Counted from the whole stretch's first letter, positions 37,499 through 50,880 are shown. The stretch is DNA of 57,784 bases, filler included, from Dugesia japonica (GCA_001938525.1; 6 parts of 6 records of this genome joined end to end with filler, not necessarily neighbours in it), one strand, 5' to 3'. The notes: generated by a model from the letters alone, not told the origin. Made by a program: numbers and translations.

Positions 37499-37599
37499 AG
37501 TCGACACTGCTCACGTTATAAGTACTAACGAGGCCTAGTGCTGCTTAACTTCCGAGATCGAACGAGATCGGGTGTACCCAAACTAGTATGAGCGTCGAC
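37499..37599 (-). pseudogene. 5S rRNA-derived sequence (internally deleted; pseudogene or SINE3 head)
   Basis: GTCGACGCTCATAC...CCCGATCTCGTTCGATCTCGGAAGTTAAGC...GTTAGTACTT...GTGTCGACT; 101 nt, with the TGGGAATAC segment missing. Confidence 0.85.
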
Positions 37600-37799
37600 A
37601 AAAACTACAAATGTAAATTTTTCCGAAGAAAATCCATTGCTGAAATTTTTACACAAAAATATAAGTTAACGCTAAATAAAGAATTACATTGATTTAAAAG
37701 ACGAAATTTCTGAAACTTTTTTTTATGAAATTCAAATGATACAAAAGATACGAAATCAATCAAATATAATGAAATCAATGAAAAACTCTGCAGCTGAAT

Positions 37800-38250
37800 T
37801 TTAAAACTAGAATCGTTGGATGGAGTATTTACTGAAAACAATTTACAAGGAAAAGAACGTAAAATTTCTAAGGAATTGAATATTACTGAGTTTTCTATGG
37901 GTGGTGGTTGTATAGGTTAAAATCAAAATATGGTAATTTGCGAAAAATATTATCCGGGGAAACGTCAACTAAATCCAAAAATTATTATAAATAATTTAAT
38001 GAAAATGCAATTTCAAAAATATAAAAACTATTCACCTGACGATGTTTTTAATTGTGACGAAACTGCATTGTTTTTAAAACAAGCTCCCTCTTAAAATTTA
38101 ATGATGAAAATAAGAAACAGGATTAAGTTATACAAATAATGCCTATCAATTTTGTTATGCACAAACATCACAGGGATAAAAATAAATTAAAGCCGTTTAT
38201 TATTGGAAAAGCAAAAAATCCTCGAGCATTGAAAACTTTTAATTATTCCT
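37800..38250 (+). mobile_element. pogo/Tigger transposase remnant
   Basis: YSPDDVFNCDETALF, LLCTNITG, KLKPFIIGKAKNPRAL. Confidence 0.85.
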
Positions 38251-38401
38251 CATTCCTACTAATTTTAGACCACGAGTAAACTTGTGGAAATATCAAAATT
38301 CATTCAGTATACAATTTTATTCAAAGTTTTATAATACTTAACTTTATATCAATATCATGTTAACCATACTTTTTTTCATAAATTAAATGTTTTTTGTATA
38401 G

Positions 38402-38629
38402 TAATCTCACCAAATCCACCAGTTTCTCAGAACCGACCGATTGCCAGACAAAATTCATTGAGAGAACAAAGAAGACCTGTTTCAGCCATGATTTCATCAG
38501 TCATCGATGATTCTGTCAAATACAGACCAAGTAGTCAATTGGCAAAGACTCATGTTAAAGAAAACTATTCAAATGAGAAGACTTTATCATCACAATCATC
38601 ACAATCTAGAGTTACATCAAGGAAATCTA
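38402..38629 (+). CDS. Internal exon of an unidentified host gene (Ser/Arg-rich)
   Basis: Polypyrimidine+AG at 38400-38401, GT at 38630, 228 nt phase 1-1, open frame ISPNPPVSQNRPIARQNSLREQRRPVSAM... Confidence 0.55.
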
Positions 38630-38637
38630 GTAAAATA

Positions 38638-38640
<3 letters not shown>

Positions 38641-38703
<63 letters not shown>

Positions 38704-38803
38704 NNNNNNNNNNNNNNNNNNNNNNNNNNNNNNNNNNNNNNNNNNNNTTAATTAATTAANNNNNNNNNNNNNNNNNNNNNNNNNNNNNNNNNNNNNNNNN
38801 NNN

Positions 38804-38863
<60 letters not shown>

Positions 38864-38865
38864 TT
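38641..38865. repeat. (TAT)n and (AAT)n tracts flanking scaffold linker 38704-38803
   Basis: Direct observation; TTAATTAATTAA at 38748-38759. Confidence 0.9.
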
Positions 38866-39531
38866 AATATATTAAAAATTTCACATAACATATTCGAAAT
38901 TATATTTGTTAGACTAGTTTATCATTGTGTTATAGTTTATGTTAAATATCTTGCTAGTTACGTTCAGTTAATAAAAAACATCAAAGGTTTATTGTATATT
39001 TTATATTGCAAAAATTGGTAAATTGGCATTCAAACTTAAAAACGATTAGTTTCACATATATTATCTAAGAAAATTCAATGATAATTTTATAAAATGAAAT
39101 AAAATTGATTTCCTAATAAAAATAATTTTATAAAATTTATATTGGTTAATATTTTTCACAATTAATTTATCTTCATTAAAATAAACATTTTAAAACTCTT
39201 AAAATTATTTTGTAAAAATTTTTAAATATTTTCAAATAACAATTTGTCGTTTTTAAAATTTCCTCATATTTACAATAAAGCCTTTCTAAATTATGAAATG
39301 AAAAATTTTTCTATTAACTTTAAGTTTTCTATAGAATTGTTTCCAGCTCATGCGAATATCAACTGTTTATTTCTTACTTTAAAATCTGTAAAATTAACAT
39401 TTTATTTGCCATCTATATGTAATAGTAACAAATGTTATGAATTAAAAACAGAATAAAAAGACAATCGATATGTTGAATTGCCTAAGTATATCTTTTCAAT
39501 CTCAGATTTGACCTTAATCAATATAATATGA

Positions 39532-40019
39532 CATGGATATCCAACACGAGGCCCGTGGGCCGCATGCGCGCGTCTTGAAAAATTTTGCGGCTCGCAAGAC
39601 TCATCACACTTTTACAAAATATATTTATTTTATAATGGTCAAAGTAGTGAAAATCAATGTGTGATAAATCCTCACATGTTCATTAAAATCATTCAATTTA
39701 AGAATTTTATTAAAATCAAGTAAAATCATTTAAATTGTGAATAATTGCTTTTAAGTTAAGCATATTTATTTAAAAAATTGTAATTATAAGATTGAATTAT
39801 ATGTGTGTTTAAAATCATTATTATTATATTATATATGTTTACATGTAAGAATAATAGTAACCGCAATAATAATAACTCATTATGTTACAATTTTTGATTC
39901 CAAAAAAATGTCCATAGTGGGTCTAAATTTAATATGGGGTTATAATTTTATATGCGGTCCGCGGAGTTATGATGCATTTCCAAAGTGGCCCACAAGATCA
40001 TTTGGGTTGGCCACCCCTG
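39532..40019. mobile_element. hAT-family non-autonomous element
   Basis: Termini CATGGATATCCAAC / GGTTGGCCACCCCTG, GC-rich subterminal GGCCC motifs, perfect 8-bp TSD TAATATGA (39524-39531, 40020-40027). Confidence 0.9.
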
Positions 40020-40549
40020 TAATATGATTTACTCTCGGCTTCTGTATCTGGTATTAGTGATGGACATACAGAATCGTTACAGCAATAATTATTTATTTTT
40101 AGCAACGTGTTTCGTTTTTTTTTAACTAATTTTCAGGACTAATTTTAAATAGATTTCGTTAAATTAAAAGCTTCGATCAAAATATTACTTTTTTTCTTTT
40201 CATTCTTTTCTGTTGTTAGTTTTCAAATTTTTGAAGTTTGTATTCTTCATGAGAAAATATTAAAATAAGACATTCAATGGTTACGTCCAACAATTATTCT
40301 TGCAGTAAATGTGAGAAATAATTTTTAATGCCTCAATAAAATTAAAAATACTTATAAGTATTAATAGTTTGTATTCATCACACTTTGTACATTGTTTGTA
40401 CATTGTATTTATTTATCATGGCTTTACATATAAATCTTCAAATAATCAGTAAATAATATGCTCAAAATTTTAAAAATTACTCATATTCTTATTGATTTAT
40501 CTTTTTTTTGAAATTTATATAAATAATATAATATAATATTTAATATCAG

Positions 40550-40797
40550 AATTTCGGATTTGTTCTTGGATTGAAAAATAATACATATTATTTTGGATAT
40601 TGGAAAGAAGATAGCGAATTTCCAATAACGATTTTACCAAATTTGTCGGATAAGTTTAATTGGTATGTATTTCGAAGTAATTTTGAACAAATTAATCAAA
40701 AAATATTTGGTATAAATGAAATTTGCGATCCAAATTCTTTCTTTTACCTCGCAGATATTCCTGATAACGAAATAAATTTAATTGACAAATTAAAAAG
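40550..40797 (+). CDS. Internal exon of an unidentified host gene
   Basis: cag acceptor, 248-nt open frame NFGFVLGLKNNTYYFGYW..., AG|gtaaat donor. Confidence 0.55.
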
Positions 40798-41929
40798 GTA
40801 AATTACATTTATTCTGATTAATGAAATTAATTTAAAANTTTTTATCGCTTTTCATTGATACTTTATTTTTGTGTTTGTTAGTATTTACTAACATTTATAC
40901 TTAATGAAAGTATTTGCCGCTCTGAGCGGTCCATAAATTTTGACGCCCTTCTCACAACTTTCACACGACATCAGGAAAAATGATTTTATTCGGTAGAATT
41001 TTTTATTGTTTCGAAAAATTAGTGAGAAAATTTTTAAACAATTATGAAACCGATATTGGAATAAATTCGATCTGGTAATTAATCCCTCTTCCTTGATTAA
41101 TAGAAACAAAAATTGTCTCGACCATCGCCCAACCCTCCTTACTTCACTGACGTCAGTACAACTGTTATAATATATTTAAAAAGAAAATTAAGTAGATTAT
41201 TTAATTTTATCTGTTTTGCTTTTATTTGAAACATTATTTACTTATTTAATTTTTCATAAAATAAAATAAAGTTATTTATTTTATGAAAAAAAATTTATTT
41301 TATTTTCTACATTCATAAAGCGCTAATTGTGTGATATATATATATATATATATTTTTTTTTCTGTGAATTAAATCAATATTAATTAATATATTTAATATA
41401 TTAAATCAATTATATTGTAAAAGAAAGTGCGTTTTAGACCAAGCGTCAATAAATTTCTGATTTTCTGCATCAGTTTTCTACATTTTGTCAGCATAAGATT
41501 GATATGTGAACATTAATTAATTAATAAATAAGAATTAATAGATCAACAAAATTTAATTTTACAGAGAGTTCGATTGTTTTAAATAAATTTAAAATACTCA
41601 GATCTTACAAGTAAACTAAATAATTTTTATAGAAAAATCGGTTTGTTTTTAGATAGAGTTTGTGGATATATTATACTGTATATTATATTGCATATATATA
41701 TATATATGGTTCTTTGCCAACTTTTGTGGCTCAATTATAATCGTTAAAGTTACAACTAAATTTTTTAAATTTTACTCCTATTTGGTTGTTTTTTATGCAC
41801 GCAAAAAATAAAGTTTCTTTTATCATTTTTTCCCATTCAGGAAATCAAATTCATGAATTTTGTTTCTTTTTATTTAATAATAATATTCAATTTAGTTTTT
41901 TTAATAAATTTAATAGTTAATCTTAATAA

Positions 41930-42670
41930 AAATTAGAAACTGAAAAGAAAGAAAGAAGACAAGAGTCTGAATAAATTAATTGACTTACTTCATAAAAATG
42001 GTTATTCTAAATTGTTAACGGACAAATTAGTTTATAAAACTTTGAATAAACTAAATAGTGACTTGTCGCGTGTTGATGAGGTTGTATAAAGAGATCCTAA
42101 AATTATTTTATCCTTATCTTATTTCGAAGTCTTTAAAAAATTCAAACTTTCGATTGAAAATGCTCTAAAGATTATTTTAAATATAAAAGTTTATCTCAAT
42201 CTCATAACTTTATAAATATGTTCAATAATAAATCTATAACCCCTTTAGGCTTGTGATCTGATCTGGTCTATCAATTTTAATGTAATGGATATAGCGCTAC
42301 ATACATTGGAAAGATTTTCCGTCATTTCTTTACCAGACTTCAAGAGCATAGTCGAAATAGTGAAAATAGTAATATTATTGAGCATCGAAGAAAATGTATA
42401 AATTCAATCGGGTTTTCTAATCTTGTACAGTTGATTTAATAATTATTGGGAGAGAATGATGAGTGAAGCTTTGTTGATAAGACCAATAAATTCTAAAATT
42501 AATGTTTAGTTGACGGCTTCAACATCGCTCTTAAAATTATTTTATTGATTATGTATATAGATTGCATAATTGGAATTATATAATCATTTAAACTTTATAA
42601 ATAGTTTGTTTTAATATTCATTAATTTCTTGATGATGACGGTTATTCCGTCGAAATTGATCGCAACTAAT
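41930..42670 (+). mobile_element. Penelope-like element remnant (RT C-terminus, GIY-YIG, hammerhead)
   Basis: LLHKNGYSK; LVYQF*CNGYSATYIGK...RLQEH...SEALLI; HHR-like core at 42629-42655. Confidence 0.8.
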
Positions 42671-43094
42671 AAATATTTTAAAAAATGGTGTTCTATTTTT
42701 TATTTGAAAAGAAAAAAATAGGTTTTTTTAATATTATCTATAATAATAAAATTAAATTCAGATTCGTTTTATATCGAAAACCTGTGGCACAACAGCGTTT
42801 TTAAACTTTCGAAAATAGTTTCCCACACATAAACTTCTGTTATATTATGACTCTTAGATATAGATATAACTTCAATATCAGAAGACGATAAATTCAAATT
42901 CAAAGATTTATTTATAATACAAATTTNNNNNNNNNNNNNNNNNNNNNNNNNNNNNNNNNNNNNNNNNNNNNNNNNNNNNNNNNNNNNNNNNNNNNNNNNN
43001 NNNNAATTGTTGGACTTAACTATTAATCGCATTTGAGATTTCATTAAAATAAAGAAAAGGCTTCAATATAAATAAAATGTATTTGTAAAGAAAT

Positions 43095-43127
43095 TAAAAT
43101 TTTCGACAATAGTCTTCTTCAGAAATG
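43095..43127 (-). ncRNA. Minimal hammerhead ribozyme motif
   Basis: CTGAAGA-A-GAC-TATT-GTC-GAAA-ATTTTA; stem I weak. Confidence 0.55.
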
Positions 43128-43565
43128 GTGACAATAGGATAAAAGGACAATAGATCTATGCTACAAAATTCTTTATCTTTTATCGAAATTTTATTGGTTT
43201 ATTTNAAGTATAAAGTTTTTNCGAGAATAACTGTTGGGCGTAACCATTGANNGTTTTACAGAATTCATTTAAAATAAAAGCTTCGATCAAAAATTTTTTT
43301 TAAAACAATGTTTTTATTTTAAAATTAAATCTCAAAAAATCATTTTTTATTAATATTAAAATATTACAATATTAAAACTCTAATTTCTCACTAATTCTTT
43401 CAAATTTTTTTAAAATTATTTTAATTATTGAAAGTTTTTTATTTTGAAATTATTTAAAATTATTTATTTTAAAATTATTTATTATTTATTTATTAGATTA
43501 TTTATTTTTATAAACTTCATTTAAAATAAAAGCTTCAATCAAAATTTTTTTTTGTTTTTGAGATT

Positions 43566-43600
43566 GATTCGATATTTTGACCTTGTCTTCGTCAGGAATC
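43566..43600 (-). ncRNA. Minimal type I hammerhead motif (G12 mutated to A)
   Basis: GATTC-CTGACGA-A-GAC-AAG-GTC-AAAA-TATC-GAATC with perfect stems I and II. Confidence 0.6.
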
Positions 43601-43748
43601 GACTTTTTTCCAACAATTATTCTCGCAATAACTGCAATTGTAAAATTATATAAACTTATTGTAATTATTGAAAATCTTTGATAATTTTAATTATTGAAAA
43701 AATTATTGAAAAAAAATTCTAATTATTGAAATTATTGAAAATCATGTT

Positions 43749-44170
43749 TTACTTAGGTTTCACCTCTTTAATTAATATTTTTTCATATTTTTTCTGTGAA
43801 GTGTAGAAATGTAGTCTGTTCTTAATGTTTTCCATGTAATATGATGATTTTCTGGTAAAATATTCTGTTTTTTTGAAAGTGTTTGAAGACTTCACTTTCT
43901 TTCCGTTTGAGATGTTCTTTAATTCTTGTACGGATGGTTCTGAANNNNNNNNNNNNNNNNNNNNNNNNNNNNNNNNNNNNNNNNNNNNNNNNNNNNNNNN
44001 NNNNNNNNNNTTGCATTTATTTCTACCATCACAAATGCATTTGGGACCACACAAATTCTGTCTTGGTTTCTGTCATTAGATACCCGAAGAACTTCGCAAA
44101 ACCTATACAAATATTATTGTTATTTTACAATATAAAAATCAACTGTATTATCAAATTCAATATGTAATAT
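43749..44170 (-). mobile_element. Penelope-like GIY-YIG endonuclease remnant
   Basis: CGPKCICDGRNKC...RTIRTRIKEHLKRKESEVFKH...KEVKPK. Confidence 0.75.
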
Positions 44171-44959
44171 GTATGAAATAATATGTATGACAATTGGCAA
44201 TGTTACAATAAAATTTACTTATCCAAATTTATTAAATAATACTAATAAAATGTACAATTAAAAATGTAATTAAAAATAATGTTTACAGTTTCATAATCTT
44301 TCTGATCATTTTAAAAACGGGAAAGCCTTTTTCCAAGTATCGAAGCTCCAATTTGTTATAAAAATCGGTTCTAAGACAAAATTAGGTAAACGCAAATATT
44401 GAAATTAGAATTTTTGTTTATATAAATTATTTTGAATAGTGAATAGGCAATGTGATGATCGAGAAAAATTTTTCAGAAATGTTTTTTAATACTAGTATTA
44501 CTAAAATTCTAATTTAGATGTCATTTGTGGTTCTGAATAATAAAATAACTTATACATATAATGGTGATTTGGATTTGAATATTTAATGGATTGTAAATAT
44601 TTGTTTAGTGGTAAATATTTGTTTAGTCAGTTGTTTAGTTTCGTATAATTGAAACAACACATAAGAAATAATAGATATAAATAGGAAAGAATGTTAACTT
44701 TTAAAATTTGAGAATTGTTTCAAGTGATCCAAATTTAGATATAAAAAAGATAAATGAACAAAGTTTATTCCAAATTTTTCAAACATGTTCATAATGTTTG
44801 ACTGTAATTTGACTTTCCGTTGTTATAATGTCGATGTTTTATGGTATACGACAGAGCAGTCAACGGAAGAAATTCTTATTTGTTTAGAAGTGATAAAGTT
44901 AGTAAGATGGAATTGAAAATGACTCCTTAGATTTTGTGCATTTACAAATTATGACAATT

Positions 44960-45672
44960 TATTATCGAAAAGAATAAAAGAAAATCATTCCTGCATCGCA
45001 TAATTACTGGAGATGAAAAGCGGGTCTATTTCACCAATCCCGAGCATAAACGATGGTGGTTTGATCCAGAAGAACCGCCAAAGTCAACGGGAAAACGGAA
45101 TTTTCATGGGAAAAAGGTGCTTCTATGCATATGGTGCGATCACAAAGATATTCTGTTCCATGAGCTACTGAAACCTGGTGAAACAGTTAATGCTATCCGT
45201 TATGAACAACAGCTTTTGCTATTAAATGAAGAAATCACTGCCAAACGACCAGAATGGGCTGACAGTCATGGCAAAGTAATATTGCTCAATGACAACGCTC
45301 GGCCTTATGTCGCAAAACACCTTGCTGAGGCGATAAAACAGCTGAAATGGGATGTATTACCCCACCCGCCATACTTTACAGATATTGCTCCATCAGATTA
45401 CTATTTGTTCCGTTTAATGGCACATCATCTGTCAGAGCACAGTTTCAAAAATTACGAAGATGTCAAAATATGGTTGAACGAGTGGATTGTCACCAAATAA
45501 AACAAATTATTTTATGACGGTATTCATAAACTGCCCAAACTTTGGGAGGATGTTGTTAAGAATGATGAAAATTATTCCCAATAAAAGTTTTTAATAAAAC
45601 TGCTTTGTCTTTTTTTATATAGACTTTTTAAAAAAAGAGGTAAAAACGGCAAAGTCAAGCTTGTAGACTTAA
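44960..45672 (+). mobile_element. mariner (Mos1-like) transposon, 5' truncated
   Basis: ITGDEK...DNARPY...HPPYFTDIAPSDYYLF (DD34D), one stop; 3' TIR-like end ...AGCTTGTAGACTTAA + TA. Confidence 0.9.
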
Positions 45673-47399
45673 TATGTTCTTTTTTTTAAAAGTTAAAAAA
45701 TATTTTCTGGAGTAATTGTTTGGCTGAATTATTGATACATTTTAAATTTTATTGAAAATAAATGAACATAGAAAAGATTCTTATTTAGTTTTCATTTGGG
45801 TTATGTTGGTTACCCGAAATATTGTGACAGTATTTACAAAAATTTGGAAACAGGTGAATATAATTGTAATTTAATTTAAATAATAGCAACTTTGGACATC
45901 TAACTTTATTTCGAATTGTTTGCACTTTAATTTGAATATTTTCCACATAAAAAATTATTTTCAAATATCAAAAACTTGGTTGAAATTGTTTAGTATTTTT
46001 AAAGAATTGCACCATGTTTATATTATTTTAATTCAAAATGTAAAATTAAATTTTATCAATAAGTAACTATTTATCTACATGGGTTTTTTATGTATTTATG
46101 AATTTTTTTATAAAAATTTTTAATCAAAAGTATTTAGTAATTAATATAATTTGAAGGAAATAATGAAAATTAATCTGTGAAACTATGTCAAATAATTTTA
46201 GAAAAAACATAAAATAAAGTAGACAACATAGAAATTATATTTCAACATTTATATTTTTTAATTATATTGTAATAACATTTTTTAATAATAATAGTATACA
46301 TTAATATACATTGTAATGCATTTTTCTTTTTTGATTATTATTTTTTATAAAATATATATATATATGTATATGTATAATAAAATAATACTTAATACATAAT
46401 CAAGTACATAATCATATATCCGAATTATCATTGCGTACATCACCAATAGTTAAAACCCAGTGACATTTAGCCATTTCAAAATGCAAACTATTCATTCTTA
46501 TTGGGAGCCTAAATTAATTCAAGTGAGATTTTTCTTTTATTTAATATCTTTGTTTGAATTTGAAATATCTTTTTTGTGTTTTATACTTGTTTCTAATAGA
46601 AACATTTTATCTAGTGCACAATATCGAAGTTAGTCTGCAATTAATTGTTACCTATTTGAAAAATTAATTGAATACCTCCTTAAATTTCTTTGAAAATGTC
46701 GAAAGTTAAGAAATATTTATTCTGGTTCGAACAGCAAAAATTATTATTTTTTCTTTAAAAATATCTTTGTTAAGAAAATCGTCTGAAGACAATGTATTTT
46801 CAATAAAAACACTAATAATTTTACACATAATTAATTTAACTAAATTTAAAGATAGATTTATAAAAAACATAAATAAACATTATTTTCGTAATTAAGTTTA
46901 TTTTAACCAATTTTTATTGGTTAATAATTTTTTTTATTAAATTAAAAATTTTAAATATTTTTCCTTCTTATAATCTTAAAGCTTGTTATTTTATGAGATC
47001 ATTTAATAACCAACTTTATGCAATCGAAACTAAATTTATGAAAAAGAAATGTTTTGTCATTTTAATGTGAAAGATCGTGATAAAATTTGGAAATTTGTAT
47101 TGTAAATATAATTTTACAATTTAACTACGTACAAAAATAAATATTTTAAACTTTAAATATGAATATCTTTTAAAACATTTATTAATAATTCTATTAAATT
47201 GCTTAGTTTTTAAATTAAACACTTTCGATAAAACTTATTAAGACTCAAAGTTTCAAATTTCGGATTCGTTGGAGAAATGAAGTTTACAGTTAATAAGAAA
47301 AATGAATTTCAAGTTTTGGCGACCAGATTCATTAATATCGTATTTTTATTTAATGTAAAATTTTGTTAAAGAATTTTGTATTTTAAAAGATATATTTAG

Positions 47400-47573
47400 G
47401 ACCGAGTTCGAGATAACAAGTTTCAATCTCTTTTTATTTCTTCAGACGCAAAAAACCCTATTGAAATTAATAAAAGTTTATTTAATGACCTTTTACAATC
47501 TGGATTCAGTTTTACAGTCAATTTTCTTGGTCAACCATTAACAAAAACCATAACGTTATTTTCAGTAGAATTG
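47400..47573 (+). CDS. Possible internal exon of a host gene
   Basis: ttag|GAC...TTG|gtaac, 174 nt open in phase 0 (DRVRDNKF...ITLFSVEL). Confidence 0.4.
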
Positions 47574-47653
47574 GTAACATTCGTTTGTAAATAATAAAAA
47601 TAATAATAATAATAATAATATTAATACTAATAATAATAGTATTAATAATAATA

Positions 47654-47684
<31 letters not shown>

Positions 47685-47784
47685 NNNNNNNNNNNNNNNN
47701 NNNNNNNNNNNNNNNNNNNNNNNNNNNNTTAATTAATTAANNNNNNNNNNNNNNNNNNNNNNNNNNNNNNNNNNNNNNNNNNNN
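47685..47784. other. Artificial scaffold linker, preceded by an (AAT)n tract
   Basis: N-TTAATTAATTAA-N. Confidence 0.95.
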
Positions 47785-49212
47785 AAAGCGTTGGAGACGG
47801 AGAATAAACTCCTCCTCCAACGTAAAATAGAGTTCCTCAAGCAATACATCTCCGATTTCTCGCGACAACTGGGAAATCCCAACACATCCCAGTGGGATGA
47901 TGATGACGATATCGCGGCGTTCAACCTTGTTGTCACCTCCCCTGACCAATGGTTGGATCCAGGTGCAATGGATCTAATCTAAATGTTTATTAATACAAAA
48001 TATTGTAGTTATGAGTCTTTGTTTAATTCTATTAAGCATAAAATATCGCAAACATAAGACGGTGCGCCATTCCATAGTAACAGGGAAAAATATCGAACCC
48101 GAATAAAAGGTTTATTGATGAGCACCTTCCATTAAGGGCAAGGTCAACCGCAATGAACTGAAAACCTGCCATAGGGACGGTAGGGTTAAATTCTTGAAAG
48201 GGTTCCCCTGAGGACTGTTTTTTCCCCAGTCATTTCTTTCAACTCAGGTAGAACCCCAACATATTTAATGTATCTAAAACTATACCACTATAATATATTG
48301 TTACTCAAGACTTTATCAATAAATTTTAATAAACATTTTTGTCAAAAATTGATAATACAAAAAGGATGCACTTAATATTTTTTTATAAAATACTAGAAGA
48401 TATATAAAAGTTCCATTAATATGGTAAAATTATGCTAAAAGATTCGTTTTAATGGTTCCATATGATAACTAAAATGTGTTATATGATGGATAAAAGATTG
48501 ATAGACTTGTATTAATTATTTTAATTAATTAATTCAAAATAAAGGCGCATTCAGCATTAATTATTTCTATTTATACACTTTATCCATTCGTACAAATCCT
48601 GATGAAGTATCAACTAGTGCGCAATAATCGTCAGAATGCAATCAGTTATCGCCAACCATTGGCTGCCCGAGAATTGATCAAACTAGTTTACCGCATTAAT
48701 CCTGTATTGCGTGCGTGAGAACAGGATATGTTGAGTATATCAGTTATCGCTCATCACTGGTTGCTACAGAGCTGATCGTTTACCGCATATGTATATATAG
48801 ACAATTAATTCAATGAAGGTGAGTCAGTGTACTATATGCATGATTGATCGAGCGAGAACTCGTATGGCAGAAAGAATGTCATATGCAATATCGCTCGCGC
48901 GAAGATGCCGATGGTTCACTTTCATTAAAAAAATTATTTATTTAAAAAATTAATTAAAACAAGTAATTAATTCGATAAAGATGAACCAAGGGGCCAGATG
49001 TAAGTTCGTTAGTGCGTGAATCTCCGTATGACACACATTATGGGATAAGTACATAGTGTCATACACACAATCACTCGACCGCGAACTCATAATGTAGACT
49101 GGTTCGCTGTTATTAATTAAATTAATTATTTAAAGAAAAATTGTAGAAAAATAAAATTTATACATCCATTAACATATGAGTGGGAGGATGTAGCCGAAAT
49201 TGTTTATTATAT

Positions 49213-49320
49213 TGTTTTATATGCTTTGAATATCCAGTACTACCTCGAATCATAAAATGTGGGCACTATTTTTGCCTCCAATGTATCAACAAAACCTTAC
49301 GGTACAATTCAAAGAGATGT
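49213..49320 (+). pseudogene. RING-HC finger remnant
   Basis: CFICFEYPVLPRIIKCGHYFCLQCINKTLRYNSKRC; last Cys lost; no intact start. Confidence 0.75.
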
Positions 49321-50769
49321 TATCTCAATCAGTAATATACAGAATGATATATGCACGGCTAAAGTCCTTAATTAATTAATGCACAATACCGATTGGAGCT
49401 ATTAAATCTACAGATTATGGAACTTCCCAATGAAATTGCCCGACAAATTACTGCAATAAGCACAGAAATAGTCGAATATGGACATGGCATTCTATATACT
49501 AGAAAATCATAAAAGTCAAAATAGATATTCATCATAAATTAACGATGGGTGAAATGTCGAAACAAGCACCACTCTACATTCATTTGAAGAAAATTATCCT
49601 AAAAGAATCAAAACAAAATTTATTAGCAAAAAAGTGGCAAATAGTTAAAATAACAAGAGGAGAGCCCGTAAGAATACTGTCAAAGAATGAATTACCGCTA
49701 CATGTCTTTTCTTGTCCAACCTCCACAAATTCAAATTTTTAATGAGCTTTGTCATAATAGTTTCCTCTCTGGTCTTCCTGACATGAGTTGCTCATCCTTC
49801 ACATTGTTCTTAACTCAAGGTTCGGGAGCAGCTACTTATGAGGGAGGGATATTTGATAGAGAAAGCTAAACCCAAAACCAAAATATGAACATCCACCTAT
49901 ACATTACATGCACACAATACACATACAACAGAGAACAATTAGTTCAGAAGTCGAGTAATCCCAGAACAGAGTCAACAGTTATTTCAATCCAATTCAAATA
50001 AACAATCAATATCAATGTATTTTGGCAGTTTAACATCGTGTGATCCGATTATTTGATCTGACTGTTTAGTCCAATGACTCAATTTTCTTATTATCTGACT
50101 ATTTAATCTAATGATCCCATTTTTCTTATTTTATTATTTAATTCAACGTATTGTATTTTACTGTATTATTATTTTATTATTTTATTAATTTTACTGTATT
50201 ATTATTTTACTGTTTTATTATTAATAATCATATGTAACGTAAATAAAGGAATTAAGAATCGATTTTAAGCAATTGATTTTGTTAAATCACTTAAATTCAA
50301 TTGATTTTCTGAAATTATATTCAAGTGTAAATAATAAAAATTAATATTGAAAATTTTATTAAATTTCTGTGTAATATTGAAAATTCTGAGACTTCTTTAC
50401 AATTATTTATAGAGGGTCACTTATGTGATAAGTGTGTAGAAAAAGTATAAATACCGTTGAAGAATCTCAAAAATCTACAATAGAGTCTGGATCTTTTGAA
50501 ATAACGACTCTTAGAAGAAATTATTAACGCGTGATTTGAATTTTCTAATTATATAATCTTTCATACAAATACATATTTAAAAATTAATAATTTGGCTTGT
50601 TATATAGAAACACTATATAGTTTATTTATAATCGTATTCCATATACATTAAACATATTAAAGTTGACAACAATTATCATTTTATATCTAGATTAAAGTTA
50701 ATTTTAACTCAACTCACGCAGTTGTTGATTTGGGTTTGTATTAATCCCGAATTCATCTCAACACAACCA

Positions 50770-50880
50770 CTATAAATTACCGATAACAAAGCCATAGGTC
50801 TCCAAGATGAAACCTTATCATAAAGATTAGATTTGTCTGGTTTGTGGTAAGATGAATATTATTATCAGTAAGAGTTTTTG
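50770..50880 (-). mobile_element. Non-LTR RT scrap
   Basis: KPDKSNLYDKVSSWRPMALLSVIY resembles the LINE RT motif ..(Y/W)RPI.LL. Confidence 0.45.
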
